This document shows positions 13,106 to 27,689 of a stretch of 64,000 nucleotides of DNA, in pieces. This DNA is from the human T2T-CHM13v2.0 reference genome, Homo sapiens: assembly GCF_009914755.1 (NCBI RefSeq), contig NC_060933.1. One strand, written 5' to 3'. Position 1 is the stretch's first letter. Every line of letters begins with the position of its first letter. The notes beneath the pieces are model-generated. The model did no database searches. It saw only the letters and a list, made by a program, of their open reading frames with translations, and was not told the origin of the DNA. Made by a program: the position numbers and the translations under genes.

Positions 13106-16100
13106 AATGGAATGGAATGGAATGGAATGGGTTCAACTAGAATGGAATGGAAAGGAATGGAATCAACCCGAGTGGAATGGCATGGAATGGAATGGAATGG
13201 AATGGAATGGAAAGCAATGGAATGAAATGGAATGGAAGGGAATGGATTGAAATGGAATGGAATGGAATGGAATCAACCCGAGTGCAATGTAATGGAATTG
13301 AATGGAATGGAATGGAATGCAATGGAATGAATTCAACCCGAATGGAATGGAAAGGAATGGAATAAACCCGAGTGGAATGGCATGGAATGGAGTGGAATGG
13401 AATGGAATGGAATACTACGGAAGAGAATGGAATGGAACGAAATGGAATGGAATGGAATGGAATGGAATGGAATGGAATGGAATGAACACGTGAGCAATTG
13501 AATGGAATCGAATGGAATAGAATGGAATGGTATGGATTCAACTCGAATGGAATGGAAAGGAATGGAATCAACCCGAGTGGAATGGCATGGAATGGAATGG
13601 AATGGAATGGAACGGAATGGAATGGAATCAACTCGATTGCAAAGGAATGTAATGGAATGGAATGGAACGGAATTAACGCAATTAGAATGGAATGGAAAGG
13701 AATGGAACGGAATGGAATGGAAAGAAATGGAATGGAATCAATCTGAGTGCAGGGGAATGCAATGGAATGGAATGCAATGGAATGGAATGGAATGGAATGC
13801 AATGGAATCACCTCGATTGCAATGGGATGGAATGGAATGGAATGGAATGGAAGGGAATGGAATGGAATGGAATTAACCTGAACAGAATGGAATGGAATGG
13901 AATGGAATGGAATGGAATGCAATGGAATGGAATCAATCAACCCGAGTGCAATAGAATGCAGTGGAATGGAATGGAATGGAATGGAATGGAATGGAATGGA
14001 ATGGAATGAAATGGAATGGCAGGGAATGGAATGGAATCAACCCGAGTGCAAAGGAATGGAATGGAAAGGAATGGAATGGAATGGAATGGAATGGATTCAA
14101 CCCGAATGGAATGGAAAGGAATGGAATAAACCTGAGTGGAATCGCATGGAATGGAATGGAATGGAATGGAATGGAATGGTACGGAATAGAATGGAATGGA
14201 AAGTAATGGAATGGAATGGAATGGAATGGAATGGAATCAACCTGAGTGCAATGGAATGGAGTGGAATGGAATGTAATGGAATGGAAACAACCCGAATGGA
14301 ATGGAATGTAACGGAGTGTAAGGGAATTGAATACAATCAATCCGAATGTAATGGAATGGAATGGAACGGAATGGAATGGAATGGAATGCAGTGGAATGGA
14401 ATCAAACCTAGTGCAATGGAATGGAATGGAATGGAATGGAATGAAATGGAATGGAATAGAATGGAATGGAATGGAATGGATTGGATCCAACCAAAATGGA
14501 ATGGAAAGCAATGGAATCAACCCGAGTGGAATGGCATGGAATGGAATGGAATGGAATGGTACAGAATAGAATGGAATGGAATGAAATGGAATGGAATGGA
14601 ATGGAATGGAACGGAATGGAATGGAATCAACTCGATTGCAATGGAATGTAATGGAATGGAATGGAATGGAATTAACGCGAATAGAATGGAATGGAATGTA
14701 ATGGAACGGAATGGAATGGAATGGGATGGAATGGAATCAATCTGAGTGCAGGGGAATGGAATGGAATGGAATGCAATGGAATGGAATGGAATGGAATGGA
14801 ATGCAATGGAATCAACTAGATTGCAATGGGATGGAATGGAATGGAATGGAATGGAAGGGAATGTAATGGAATGGAATTAACCTGAACAGAATGGAATGGA
14901 ATGGAATGGAACGGAATGGAAGGGAATGGAATGGAATGGAATTAAGCTGAAGAGAATGGAATGGAATGGAATGGAACGGAATGGAATGGAATGGAATGGA
15001 ATGGAATGCAATGGAATGGGATCAACCCGAGTGCAGGGGAATGGAATGGAATGGAATGCAATGGAATGGAATCAATCAACCCGAGTGCAATAGAATGCAG
15101 TGGAATGGAATGGAATGGAATGGAAAGTACCCGAATGGAAAGGAATGTAATGGAGTGTAAGGGAATTAAAAAGAATCAATCCGAATGTAATGGAATGGAA
15201 GGGAACGGAATGGAATGGAATGGAATGGAATGGAATGGAATGGAATGAAATGGAATGGCATGGAATGGAATGGAATCAACCTGAGTTCAATGGAATGGAA
15301 TGGAATGGAATGGAATGGATTCAACCCGAATGGAATGGAAAGGAATGGAATAAACCCGAGTGAAATGGCATGGAAGGGAATGGAATGGAATGGAATGGTA
15401 AGGAATAGAATGGAATGGAACGAAATGGAAAGGAATGGAATGGAATGGAATGGAATGGAATGGAATGGAATGGAATGAACCCGTGTGCAATGGAATGGAA
15501 TGGAATGGAATGGAATGGAATGGAATGGAATGGAATGGGTTCAACTAGAATGGAATGGAAAGGAATGGAATCAACCCGAGTGGAATGGCATGGAATGGAA
15601 TGGAAAGGAATGGAATGGAATGGAATGGAATGGAATGGAATGAAATGGAATGGAAGGGAATGGATTGAAATGGAATGGAATGGAATGGAATCAACCCGAG
15701 TGCAATGTAATGGAATTGAATGGAATGGAATGGAATGGAATGGAATGAATTCAACCCGGATGGAATGGAAAGGAATGGAATAAACCCGAGTGGAATGGCA
15801 TGGAATGGATTGGAATGGAATGGAATGTAATACTACGGAAGAGAATGGAATGGAACGAAATGGAATGGAATGGAATGGAATGGAATGGAATGAACACGTG
15901 AGCAATGGAATGGAATCGAATGGAATGGAATGGAATGGAATGGATTCAACTCGAATGGAATGGAAAGGAATGGAATCAACCCGAGTGGAATGGCATGGAA
16001 TGGAATGGAATGGAATGGAATGGAACGGAATGGAATGGAATCAACTCGATTGCAAAGGAATGTAATGGAATGGAATGGAACGGAATTAACGCAAATAGAA

Positions 16101-16350
16101 TGGAATGGAAAGGAATGGAAAGGAATGGAATGGAAAGGAATGGAATGGAATCAATCTGAGTGCAGGGGAATGGAATGGAATGGAGTGCAATGGAATGGAA
16201 TGGAATGGAATGCAATGGAATCACCTCGATTGCAATGGGATGGAATGGAATGGAATGGAATGGAAGGGAATGGAATGGAAGGGAATGGAATTGAATGGAA
16301 TTAACCTGAACAGAATGGAATGGAATGGTATGGAATGGAATGGAATGGAA
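13090..16350 (+). repeat. Direct paralog pair 13,090-13,940 / 15,483-16,350 (offset ~2.4 kb)
   Basis: Shared private variants in the same order: GGGTTCAACTAG, GGATTGAAATGG, AATACTACGGAAGAGAATGG (13,411 / 15,829), GAACACGTGAGC, AATTAACGCA, AATCACCTCG. Confidence 0.85.
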
Positions 16351-16569
16351 TCAATTAACGCGAGTGCAATAGAATGCAGTGGAATGGAATGGAATGGAAT
16401 GGAAAGTACCCGAATGGAATGGAATGGAATGGAGTGTAAGGGAATTAAAAAGAATCAATCCGAATGTAATGGAATGGAATTGAAAGGAAACGAATGGAAT
16501 GGAATGGAATGGAATGGAATGGAATGAAATGGAATGGCATAGAATGGAATGGAATCAACCCGAGCGCAA

Positions 16570-16970
16570 TGGAATGGAATGGAATGGAATGGAATGGAAT
16601 GGAATGGATTCAACCCGAATGGAATGGAAAGGAATGGAATAAACCCGAGTGAAATGGCATGGAAGGGAATGGAATGGAATGGAATGGTACGGAGTAGAAT
16701 GGAATGGAACGAAATGGAATGGAATGGAATGGAATGGAATGGAATGGAATGAACCCGTGAGCAATGGAATGGAATGGAATGGAATGGAATGGAATGGAAT
16801 GGAATGGATTCAACCCGAATGGAATGGAAAGGAATGGAATAAACCCGAGTGAAATGGCATGGAAGGGAATGGAATGGAATGGAATGGTACGGAGTAGAAT
16901 GGAATGGAACGAAATGGAATGGAATGGAATGGAATGGAATGGAATGGAATGAACCCGTGAGCAATGGAAT
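16570..16970 (+). repeat. 200-bp local tandem duplication
   Basis: GGATTCAACCCGAAT at 16,606/16,806, GGTACGGAGTAG in both copies, and GAACCCGTGAGC at 16,751/16,951. Confidence 0.88.
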
Positions 16971-19309
16971 GGAATGGAATGGAATGGAATGGAATGGGTT
17001 CAATTCGAATGGAATGGAAAGGAATGGAATCAACCCGAGTGCAATGGCATGGAATGGAATGGAATGGAATGGAATGGAATGGAATGGAATGGAATGGATT
17101 CAACCCAAATGGAATGGAAAGGAATGGAATAAACCCGAGTGGAATGGCATGGAATGGAGTGGAATGGAATGGAATGGAATGGAATGGAATGGAATGGAAT
17201 TAACCCTAATAGAATGGAATGGAATGGAATGGAATGGAATAGAAGGGAATGGAATGGAATGGAATGGAATGGAATTAACCCGAATAGAATGGAATGGAAT
17301 GGAATGGAATGGAATGGAATGGAATCAACTCGATTTCAATGGAATGGAATGGAATGGAAGGGAATGGAATGGAATGGAATGAAATTAACCCGAATAGAAT
17401 GGAATGGAATGGAATGGAATGGAATGGAATGGAATGGAATAGAATGTAATCCAACCGAGTGCAGGGGAATGGAATGGAATGGAATGCAATGGAATGGAAT
17501 CATACGGAATGGAATGGAATGGAATGGAATGCAATGGAATGGAATGGAATCAACCCGATTGCAATGGAATGGAGTGGAATGGAATGGAATGGAATGGAAA
17601 CAACCCGAATGGAATGGAATGGAAAGGAATCGAATGGAATCAACCTGAGTGCAGTGGAATGGAATGGAATGGAATGCAATGGAATGTAATGGAATGGAAT
17701 GCAATGGAATCAACCCGAGTGCAATGTAATGGAATCGAATGGAATGGAATGGAATGGAATGGATTCAACCCGAATGGAATGGAAAGGAATGGAATAAACC
17801 CGAGTGGAATGGCATGGATTGGAGTGGAATGGAATGGAATGGAATAGAATGGAATGGTACGGTATAGAATGTAATGGAACGAAATGGAATGGAATGGAAT
17901 GGAATGGAATGGAATCAAACCGAGTGCAGGGGAATGGAATGGAATTGAAGGCAATGGAATGGAATCATCCGGAATTGAATGGAATGGAATGGAATCAACT
18001 CGATTGCAATGGAATGGAATGGAATGGCATGGAATGGAATGGAATGGAATGCAATGCAATGGAATGCAATGGAATGGAATGGAATTAACCCGAATAGAAT
18101 GGAATGGAATGGAATGGAAGTAAATGGAATGGAAGGTAATGAACCCGAGTGCAGGGGAATGGAATGGAATGGAATGCAATGGAATGGAGTCATCCGGAAT
18201 GGAACGGAAAGGAATGGAATGGAACCAACCCGTGTGCAATGGAATTGAAAGGAATGGAATGGAATGGAATGGAATGGAATGGAATGGAATGGATTCAACC
18301 CGAATGGAATGGAAAGGAAGGGAATCAACCCAAGTGGAATGGCATGGAATGGAATAGATTGGAATGGAATGGAATGGAATGCTACCGAATAGAATGGAAT
18401 GGAACGAAATGGAGTAGAATGGAATGGAATGGAATGCAATCAACCCGAGTGCAATGGAATGGAGTGGAATGGATTGGAATGGAATGGAAACAACCTGAAT
18501 GGAATGGAATGAAATGGAGTGTAAGGGAATTGAATACAATCAAACCGAATGTAATGGAATGGAATGGAACGGAATGGAATGGAATGGAATGGAATGGAAT
18601 GCAGTGGAATGGAATCAAACCTAGTGCAATGGAATGGAATGGAATAAAATGGAATGGAATGGAATGGAATGGAATCAATTCGATTGCAATGGAATGGAAT
18701 GGAATGGAATGGAATGGAATGGGTTCAACTCGAATGGAATGGAAAGGAATGGAATCAACCCGAGTGGAATGGCATGGAATGGAATGCAATGGAATGGAAT
18801 GGAATGGAATGGAATGCAATGGAATGGAATGGAATGCAATGGAATCAACCCGAGTGCTATGTAATGGAATTGAATGGAATGGAATGGAATGGAATGGAAT
18901 GGATTCAACCCGAATGGAATGGAAAGGAATGGAATAAACCCGAGTGGAATGGCATGGAATGGAGTGGAATGGAATGGAATGGAATGGAATGGAATGGAAT
19001 GGAATGGAATGGTACGGAATATAATGGAATGGAACGAAATGGAATGTAATGTAATGGAATGGAATGGAATGGAATGAACCCGTGTGCAATGGAATGGAAT
19101 GGAAAGGAATGGAATGGAATGGAATGAACCCGTGTGCAATGGAATGGAATCGAATGGAATGGAATGGAATGGAATGGATTCAAGTCGAATGGAATGGAAA
19201 GGAATGGAATCAACCCGAGTGGAATGGCATGGAATGGAATGGAATGAAATGGAATGGAATGGAATGGTACGGAATAGAACGGAATGAAACGAAATGGAAT
19301 GGAATGGAA

Positions 19310-19720
19310 TGGAATGGAATGGAATGGAATGGAATGGAATGGAAAGGAATGGAATGGAATCAACCCGAGTGCAGGTGAATGGAATGGAATGGAAGGCAAT
19401 GGAATGCAATCATCCGGAATTGAATGGAATGGAATGGAATGGAATGGAATCAACTCGATTGCAATGGAATGTAATGGAATGGAATGGAATGGAATTAACC
19501 CTAATAGAATGGAATGGAATGGAATGGAATGGAATGGAATGGAATGGAAAGGAATGGAATGGAATCAACCCGAGTGCAGGTGAATGGAATGGAATGGAAG
19601 GCAATGGAATGCAATCATCCGGAATTGAATGGAATGGAATGGAATGGAATGGAATCAACTCGATTGCAATGGAATGTAATGGAATGCAATGGAATGGAAT
19701 TAACCCTAATAGAATGGAAT
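19310..19720 (+). repeat. 205-bp local tandem duplication
   Basis: CAACCCGAGTGCAGGTGAAT at 19,361/19,566 and TTAACCCTAATAG at 19,495/19,700. Confidence 0.88.
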
Positions 19721-22700
19721 GGAATGGAATGGAAGGGAATGGAATGGAATGGAATGGAATGGAATTAACCGGAATAGAATGCAATGGAATGGAATGGAAT
19801 GGAAAGGAATGGAATGGAATGAAATGGAATCAACTCGATTTCAATGGAATGGAATGGAATGGAATGGAATGGAATGGAATGGAATGGAATGAAATTAACC
19901 CGAATAGAATGGAATGGAATGGAATGGAATGGAATGGAATGGAATGGAATAGAGTGGAATGGAATGGAATGGAATAGAATGGAATCCACCCGAGTGCAGG
20001 GGAATGGAATGGAATGGAATGCATTGGAATGGAATCATACGGAATGGAATGGAATGGAATGGAATGGAATCAACCCGATTGCAATGGAATGGAGTGGAAT
20101 GGAATGGAATGGAATAGAAACAACCCGAATGGAATGGAATGGAATGGAATGGAGTGTAAGGGAATTGAATAGAATCAATACGAATGTAATGGAATGGAAT
20201 GGAACGGAATGGAATGCAATGGAATGGAATGGAATCCAATGGAATGGGTTCAACCCGAGTGCAATGGAATGGAATCGAAAGTAATGGAATGGAATGGAAT
20301 GGATTCAACACGAATGGAATGGAAAGGAATGGAATCAACCCGAGTGGAATGGAATTTAATGGAATGGAATGGAATGGAATGCAGTGAAATGGAATCAAAC
20401 CTAGTGTAATGGAATGGAATGGAATGGAATGGAATGGAATGGAATGGAATGGATTAAATTCAACCCAAATGGAATGGAAAGCAATGGAATCAACCCGAGT
20501 GGAATGGCATGGAATGGAATGGAATGGAATGGAATGGAAAGGTACGGAATAGAATGGAATGGAACGAAATGGAATGGAATGGGATGGAATGGAATGGAAT
20601 GGAATGGAATGGAATAGAATGGAATCCACCCGATTACAGGGGAATGGAATGGAATGGAATGCAAAGGAATGGAATGGAATGGATTCAACCCGAATGGAAT
20701 GGAAAGGAAAGGAATAATCCCGAGTGAAATGGCATGGAAGGGAATGGAATGGAATGGAATCGTACGGAGTAGAATGGAATGGAACGAAATGGAATGGAAT
20801 GGAATGGAATGGAATGGAATGGAATGAACCCGTGAGCAATGGAATGGAATGGAATGGAATGGAATGGAATGGAATTTGCTCAACTCGAATGGAATGGAAA
20901 GGAATGGAATCAACCCGAGTGGAATGGCATGGAATGGAATGGAATGGAATGGAATGGAATGGAATGGAATGGAATGGAATGGATTCAACCCGAATGGAAT
21001 GGAAAGGAATGGAATAAACCCGAGTGGAATGGCATGGAACGGAGTGGAATGGAATGGAATGGAAGGGAATGGTACGGAATAGAATGGAATGGAACGAAAT
21101 GGAATGGAATGGAACGGAATGGAATGGAATGGAATGGAATGGAATGAACCCGTGTGCAATTGAATGGAATCGAATGGAATGGAATGCAATGGAATGGATT
21201 CAACTAGAATGGAATGGAAAGGAATGGAATCAACCCGAGTGGAATGGCATGGTATGGAATGGAATGGAATGGAATGGAATGGAAAGGTACGGAATAGAAT
21301 GGAATGGAACGAAATGGAATGGAATGGAATGGAATGAATGGAATGGAATGGAATAGAATGGAATCCACCCGATTGCAGGGGAATGGAATGGAACGGAATG
21401 CAATGGAATGGAATGGAATGGATTCAACCCGAATGGAATGGAAAGGAATGGAATCAACCCGAGTGGAATGGCATGGAATGGAATGGAATGGAATGGAATA
21501 GTACGGAATAGAATGGAATGGAACGAAATGGAATGGAATGGAATCAACCTGAGTGCAATGGAATGGAGTGGAATGGAATGTAATGGAACGGAAACAACCC
21601 GAATGGAATGTAATGTAATGGAGTTTAAGGGAATTGAATACAATCAATCCGAATGTAATGGAATGGAATGGAACGGAACGGAATGGAATGGAATGGAATG
21701 GAATGGAATGGAATGGAATGGAATGAAATGGAATGGCAGGGAATGGAATGGAATCAACCTGAGTGCAAAGGAATGGAATGGAATGGAATGGAAGGGAATG
21801 GAATGGAATGGATTCAATCCGAATGGAATGGAAAGGAATGTAATAAACCTGAGTGGAATGGCATGGAATGGAATGGAATGGAATGGAATGGTACGGAATA
21901 GAATGGAATGGAACGAAATGGAATGGAATGGAATGGAATGGAATGGAATCAACCTGAGTGCAATGGAATGGAGTGGAATGGAATGAAATGGAATGGAAAC
22001 AACCCGAATGGAATGGAATGTAATGGAGTGTAAGGGAATTGAATACAATCAATCCGAATGTAATGGAATGGAATGGAACGGAATGGAATGGAATGGAATG
22101 CCGTGGAATGTAATCAAACCTAGTGCAATGGAATGGAATGGAATGGAATGGAATGGAATGGAATGGATTGGATTCAACCCAAATGGAATGCAAAGCAATG
22201 GAATCAACCCGAGTGGAATGGCATGGAATGGAATGGAATGGAATGGAATGGAATGGAATGGAATGGTACAGAATAAAATGGAATGGAACGAAATGGAATG
22301 GAATGGAATGGAATGGAACGGAATGGAATGGAATCAACTCGATTGCAATGGAATGTAATGGAATGGAATGGAATGGAATTAACGCGAATAGAATGGAATG
22401 GAATGGAATGGAACGGAATGGAATGGAATGGGATGGAATGCAATCAATCTGAGTGCAGGTGAATGGAATGGAATGGAATGCAATGGAATGGAATGGAATG
22501 GAATGGAATGCAATGGAATCAACTAGATTGCAATGGGATGGAATGGAATGGAATGGAATGGAAGGGAATGGAATGGAATGGAATTAACCTGAACAGAATG
22601 GAATGGAATGGAATGGAACGGAATGGAAGGGAATGGAATGGAATGGAATTAACCTGAACAGAATGGAATGGAATGGAATGGAACGGAATGGAATGGAATG

Positions 22701-23029
22701 GAATGGAATGGAATGGAATGCAATGAAATGGGATCAACCCGAGTGCAGGGGAATGGAATGGAATGGAATGCAATGGAATGGAATCAATGAACCCGAGTGC
22801 AATAGAATGCAGTGGAATGGAATGGAATGGAATGGAAAGTACCCGAATGGAATGGAATGGAATGGAGTGTAAGGGAATTAAAAAGAATCAATCCGAATGT
22901 AATGTAATGGAATGGAATGGAATGGAATGGAATGGAATTGAATGGAATGGAATGGAATCAACTCGATTGCAATGGAATGGAATGGAATGGAATGGAATGG
23001 AATGGAATGGAATGGAATGGAATGGAATG

Positions 23030-25640
23030 TAATGGAATGGAATGGAATTAACCCGAATAGAATGGAATGGAACGGAAAGGAAGGGAATGGAATGGAATGT
23101 AATCAACTCGAGTGCAGGGGAAAGCAATGCAATGGAATGAAATGGAATGGAGTCATACGGAATGGAAGGGAATGGAATGGAATCAACCAGAGTGCAATGG
23201 AATGGAGTGGAATGGAATGGAATAGAATGGAAACAACACGAATGGAATAGAATGTATTGGAGTGTAAGGGAATTGAATAGAATCAATCCGAATGTAATTG
23301 AATAGAACGGAAAGGAATGGAATGGAATGGAATGGAATGGAATGGAATGAAATGGAATGGCATAGAATGGAATGGAATCAACCCGAGTTCAATGGAATTG
23401 AATGGAATGGAATGGAATGGAATGGAATGGAAGGGAATCAACTCGATTGCAATGGAATGGAATGGAATGGAATGGAATGGAATGGAATGGAATGGAATGG
23501 AATGGAATGGAATGGAATTAACCCTACTAGAATGGAATGGAATGGAATGGAATGAAATAGAATGGAATGGAAGGGAATGGAATGGAATGGAATGGAATGG
23601 AATTAACCCGTATAGAATGGAATGGAATGGAATGGAATGGAATGGAATGGAATGGAATGGAATGGAATGGAATCAACTCGATTTCAATGGAATGGAATGG
23701 AATGGAATGGAATGCAATGGAAGGGAATGGAATGGAATGGAATGAAATTAACCCGAATAGAATGGAATGGAATGGAGTGGAATGGAATGGAATGGAATGG
23801 AATAGAAAAGTATCCACCCGAGTGCAGGGGAATGGAATGGAATGGAATGCAATGGAATGGAATGGAATCAACCCGATTGCAATGGAATGGAGTGGAATGG
23901 AATGGAATGGAATGGAAACAACCCGAATGGAATGGAATGTAATGGAGAGTAAGGGAATTGAATAGAATCAATACGAATGTAATGGAATGGAATGGAAAGG
24001 AATGGAATGCAATGGAATGGAATGGAATGCAATGGAATGGGATCAACCCGAGTGAAATGGAATGGAATCGAAAGGAATGGAATGGAATGGAATGGTTTCA
24101 ACCCGAATGGAATGGAAAGGAATGGAATCAACCCGAGTGGAATGGAATGGAATGGAATGGAATGGAATCGAATGGAATGGAATGGGTTCAACTCGAATGG
24201 AATGGAAAGGAATGGAATCAACCCGAGTGGAATGGCATGGAATGGAATGGAATGGAATGGAATGGAATGGAATGGAAGGGAATGGAATGGAATGGAATTA
24301 ACCTGAACAGAATGGAAGGGAATGGAATGGAACGGAACGGAATGGAATGGAATGGAATGGAATGGAATGGAATGCAATGGAATGGGATCAACCCGAGTAC
24401 AGGGGAATGGAATGCAATGGAATGCAATGAAATGGAATCATCCGGAATGGAATGGAATGGAATGGAATGCAATGGAATGGAATCAATCAACCCGAGTGCA
24501 ATAGAATGCAGTGGAATGGAATGGAATGGTATGGAAACTACCCGAATGGAATAGAATGTAATGGAGTGTAAGGGAATTAAAAAGAATCAATCCGAATGTA
24601 ATGGAATTGAATGGAACGGAATGGAATGGAATGGAATGGAATGGAATGGAATGGAATTAACCCGAATAGAATGGAAAGGAATGGAATGGAATGGAATGGA
24701 ATGGAATGGAATGGAATGGAACGGAATAGAATGGAATGGAACGAAATGGAATGGAATGAAATGGAATGGAATGGAATGGAATGGAATGGAATCAACCCGA
24801 GTGCAGGGGAATGGAATGGAATTGAAGGCAATGGAATGGAATCATATGGAATTGAATGGAATGGAATGGAATCAACTCGATTGCAATGGAATGGAATGGA
24901 ATGGAATGGAATGGAATGGAATGGAATGGAATGGAATGGAATGGAATTAACCCGAATAGAATGGAATTGAATGGAATGGAATGGATTGGAAGTAAATGGA
25001 ATGGAATGTAATGAACCCGAGGGCAGGGGAATGGAATGGAATGGAATGCAATGGAATTGAGTCATCCGGAATGGAACAGAAAGGAATGGAATGGAATCAA
25101 CCCGTGTGCAATGGAATGGAAAGGAATGGAATGGAATGGAATGGAATGGAATGGATTCAACCCGAATGGAATGGAAAGGAAGGGAATCAACCCAAGTGGA
25201 ATGGCATGGAATGGAATGGAATGGAATGGAATGGAATGGTACCGAATAGAATGGAATGGAACAAAATGGAATAGAATGGAATGGAATGGTATGGAAACAA
25301 CCCGAATGGAATGGAATGAAATGGACTGTAAGGGAATTGAATACAATCAATCCGAATGTAATGGAATGGAATGGAACGGAATGGAATGGAATGGAATGGA
25401 ATGCAGTGGAATGGAATCAAACCAAGTGCAATGGAATGGAATGGAATGGCATGGAATGGAATGGAATGGAATGGATTCAACCCAAATGGAATGGAAAGCA
25501 ATGGAATCAACGTGAGTGGAATGGCATGGAATGGAATGGAACGGAATGGAATGGAATGGAATGGAATGGAATGGAATGGTACGGAATAGAATGGAATGGA
25601 ACGAAATGGAATGGAATGGAATGGAATGGAACGGAAAGGA
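23030..25640 (+). repeat. Older diverged direct paralog of the first ~2.8 kb of the 3.76 kb unit (29,710-32,530)
   Basis: Same ordered private motifs: GGAACGGAAAGGAAGGG, GAGTCATACGG, AACCAGAGTGC, AAACAACACG, AATCAATACG, GAACCCGAGGGCAGGGG, AACCCAAGTGG, GGTACCGAATAG. Many more substitutions than among the four young copies. Confidence 0.8.
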
Positions 25641-27689
25641 ATGGAATCAACTCGATTGCAATGGAATGCAATGGAATGGAATGGAATGCAATTAAAGCGA
25701 ATAGAATGGAATGGAATGGAATGGAACGGAATGGAATGGAATGGAATGGAATGGAATCGAATGGAATCAACCTGAGTGCAGGGGAATGGAATGGAATGGA
25801 ATGCAATGGAATGTAATGGAATGGAATGCAATGGAAAAAACTCGATTGCAATGGAATGGAATGGAATGGAATGGAAGGGAAAGGAATGGAATGGAATTAA
25901 CCTGAACAGAATGGAATGGAATGGAATGGAACGGAATGGAATGGAATGGATTCAACCCGAATGGAATGGAAAGGAATGGAATAAACCCGAGTGGAATGGC
26001 ATGGAATGGAATGGAATGGAATGGAATGGTACGGAATAGAATGGAATGGAACGAAATGGAATGGAATGGAATGGAATGGAATGGAATGCAATCAACCTGA
26101 GTGCAATGGAATGGAATGGAATGGAATGGAACGGAATGGAAACAACCCGAATGGAATGGAATGTAATGGAGTGTAAGGAATTGAATACAATCAATCCGAA
26201 TGTAATGGAATGGAATGGAACGGAATGGAATGGAATGGAATGCAGTGGAATGGAATCAAACCTAGTGCAATGGAATGGAATGGAATGGAATGGAATGCAA
26301 TTGAATGGATTGGATTCAACCCAAATGGAATGGAAAGCAATAGAATCAACCCGAGTGGAATGGCATGGAATGGAATGGAATGGAATGGAATGGAATGGAA
26401 TGGAATGGTACGGAATAGAATGGAATGGATCGAAATGGAATGGAATGGAATGGAATGGAACGGAATGGAATGGAATCAACACGATTGCAATGGAATGTAA
26501 TGGAATGGAATGGAATGGAATGGAATTAACGCGAATAGAATGGAATGGAATGGAATGGAAAGGAATGGGATGGAATGGAATCAATCTGAGTGCAGGGGAA
26601 TGGAATGGAATGGAATGCAATGGAATGGAATCATCCGGAATGGAATGGAATGGAATGGAATGGAATGGAATGGAATGGAATTAACCCGAATAGAATGGAA
26701 TGGAATGGAATGGAATGGAATGGAATGGAATGGAATCAACTCGATTTCAATGGAATGGAATGGAATGGAATGGAATGGAATGGAATGGAATAGAATGGAA
26801 TCCACACGACTGCAGGGGAATGGAATGGAATAGAATGCAATGGAATGGAATCATACGGAATGGAATGGAATGGAATGGAATGGAATGGAATGGAATGGAA
26901 ACAACCCGAATGGAATGTAATGTGATGGAGTGTAAGGGAATTGAATAGAATCAATCCGAATGTAATGGAATTGAATGGAACGGAATGGAATGGAATGGAA
27001 TGTAATGGAATGGAATGGAATGCAATGGAATGGGATCAACCCGAGTGCAATGGAATGGATTCGAAAGGAATGGAATGGAATGGAAAGGCTTCACCCCGAA
27101 TGGAATGGAAAGGAAAGGAATCAACCCGAGTGGAATGGAATGGAATGGAATGGAATGCAATGGAATGGAACGGAATGGAATCAACCCGATTGCAATGAAA
27201 TTGAATGGAATGGAATGGAATTAACCCGAATAGAATGGAATGGAATGGAATGGAATGGTATGGAATGGAATGGAACGGAATGGAATGGAATGGAATTGAA
27301 TGGAATCAACCCGGGTGCAGGGAAATGCAATTGAATGGAATGCAATGGAATGCCATCATCCGGAATGGAATGGAATGGAATGGAATGGAATGGAATGGTT
27401 TCAACCCGAATGGAATGGAATGGAATGGAATCAACCCGAGTGGAATGGCATGGAATGGAATGGAATGGAATGGAATGGAATGGAATGGAATGGTATGGAA
27501 TAGAATGGAATGGAACGAAATGGAATGGAAGGGAATGGAATGGAATGGAATGGAATCAACCCGACTGCAATGGAATGGAGTGGAATGGAATGGAATGGAA
27601 TGGAAACAACCCGAATGGAATGGAATGTAATGGAGTGTAAGGGAATTGAATACAATCAATACGAATGTAATGGAATGGAATGGAACGGA

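Noticed and set aside
13076-13112. Possible perfect heat-shock element created at the junction by TTC meeting GAA pentamers
   Set aside because: The last TTC (13,086) and first GAA (13,100) are 14 bp apart, out of the 5-bp register required for nTTCnnGAAn.
12783-13250. Hybrid ORFs switching from FHSIP to MEWNG repeats (13,017-13,250 +; 12,783-13,136 -)
   Set aside because: These are a by-product of reading through the inversion junction.
23454-23518. Pathogenic-type pure (TGGAA)n expansion
   Set aside because: The longest pure run I found is about 13 units, which is ordinary for Satellite III.
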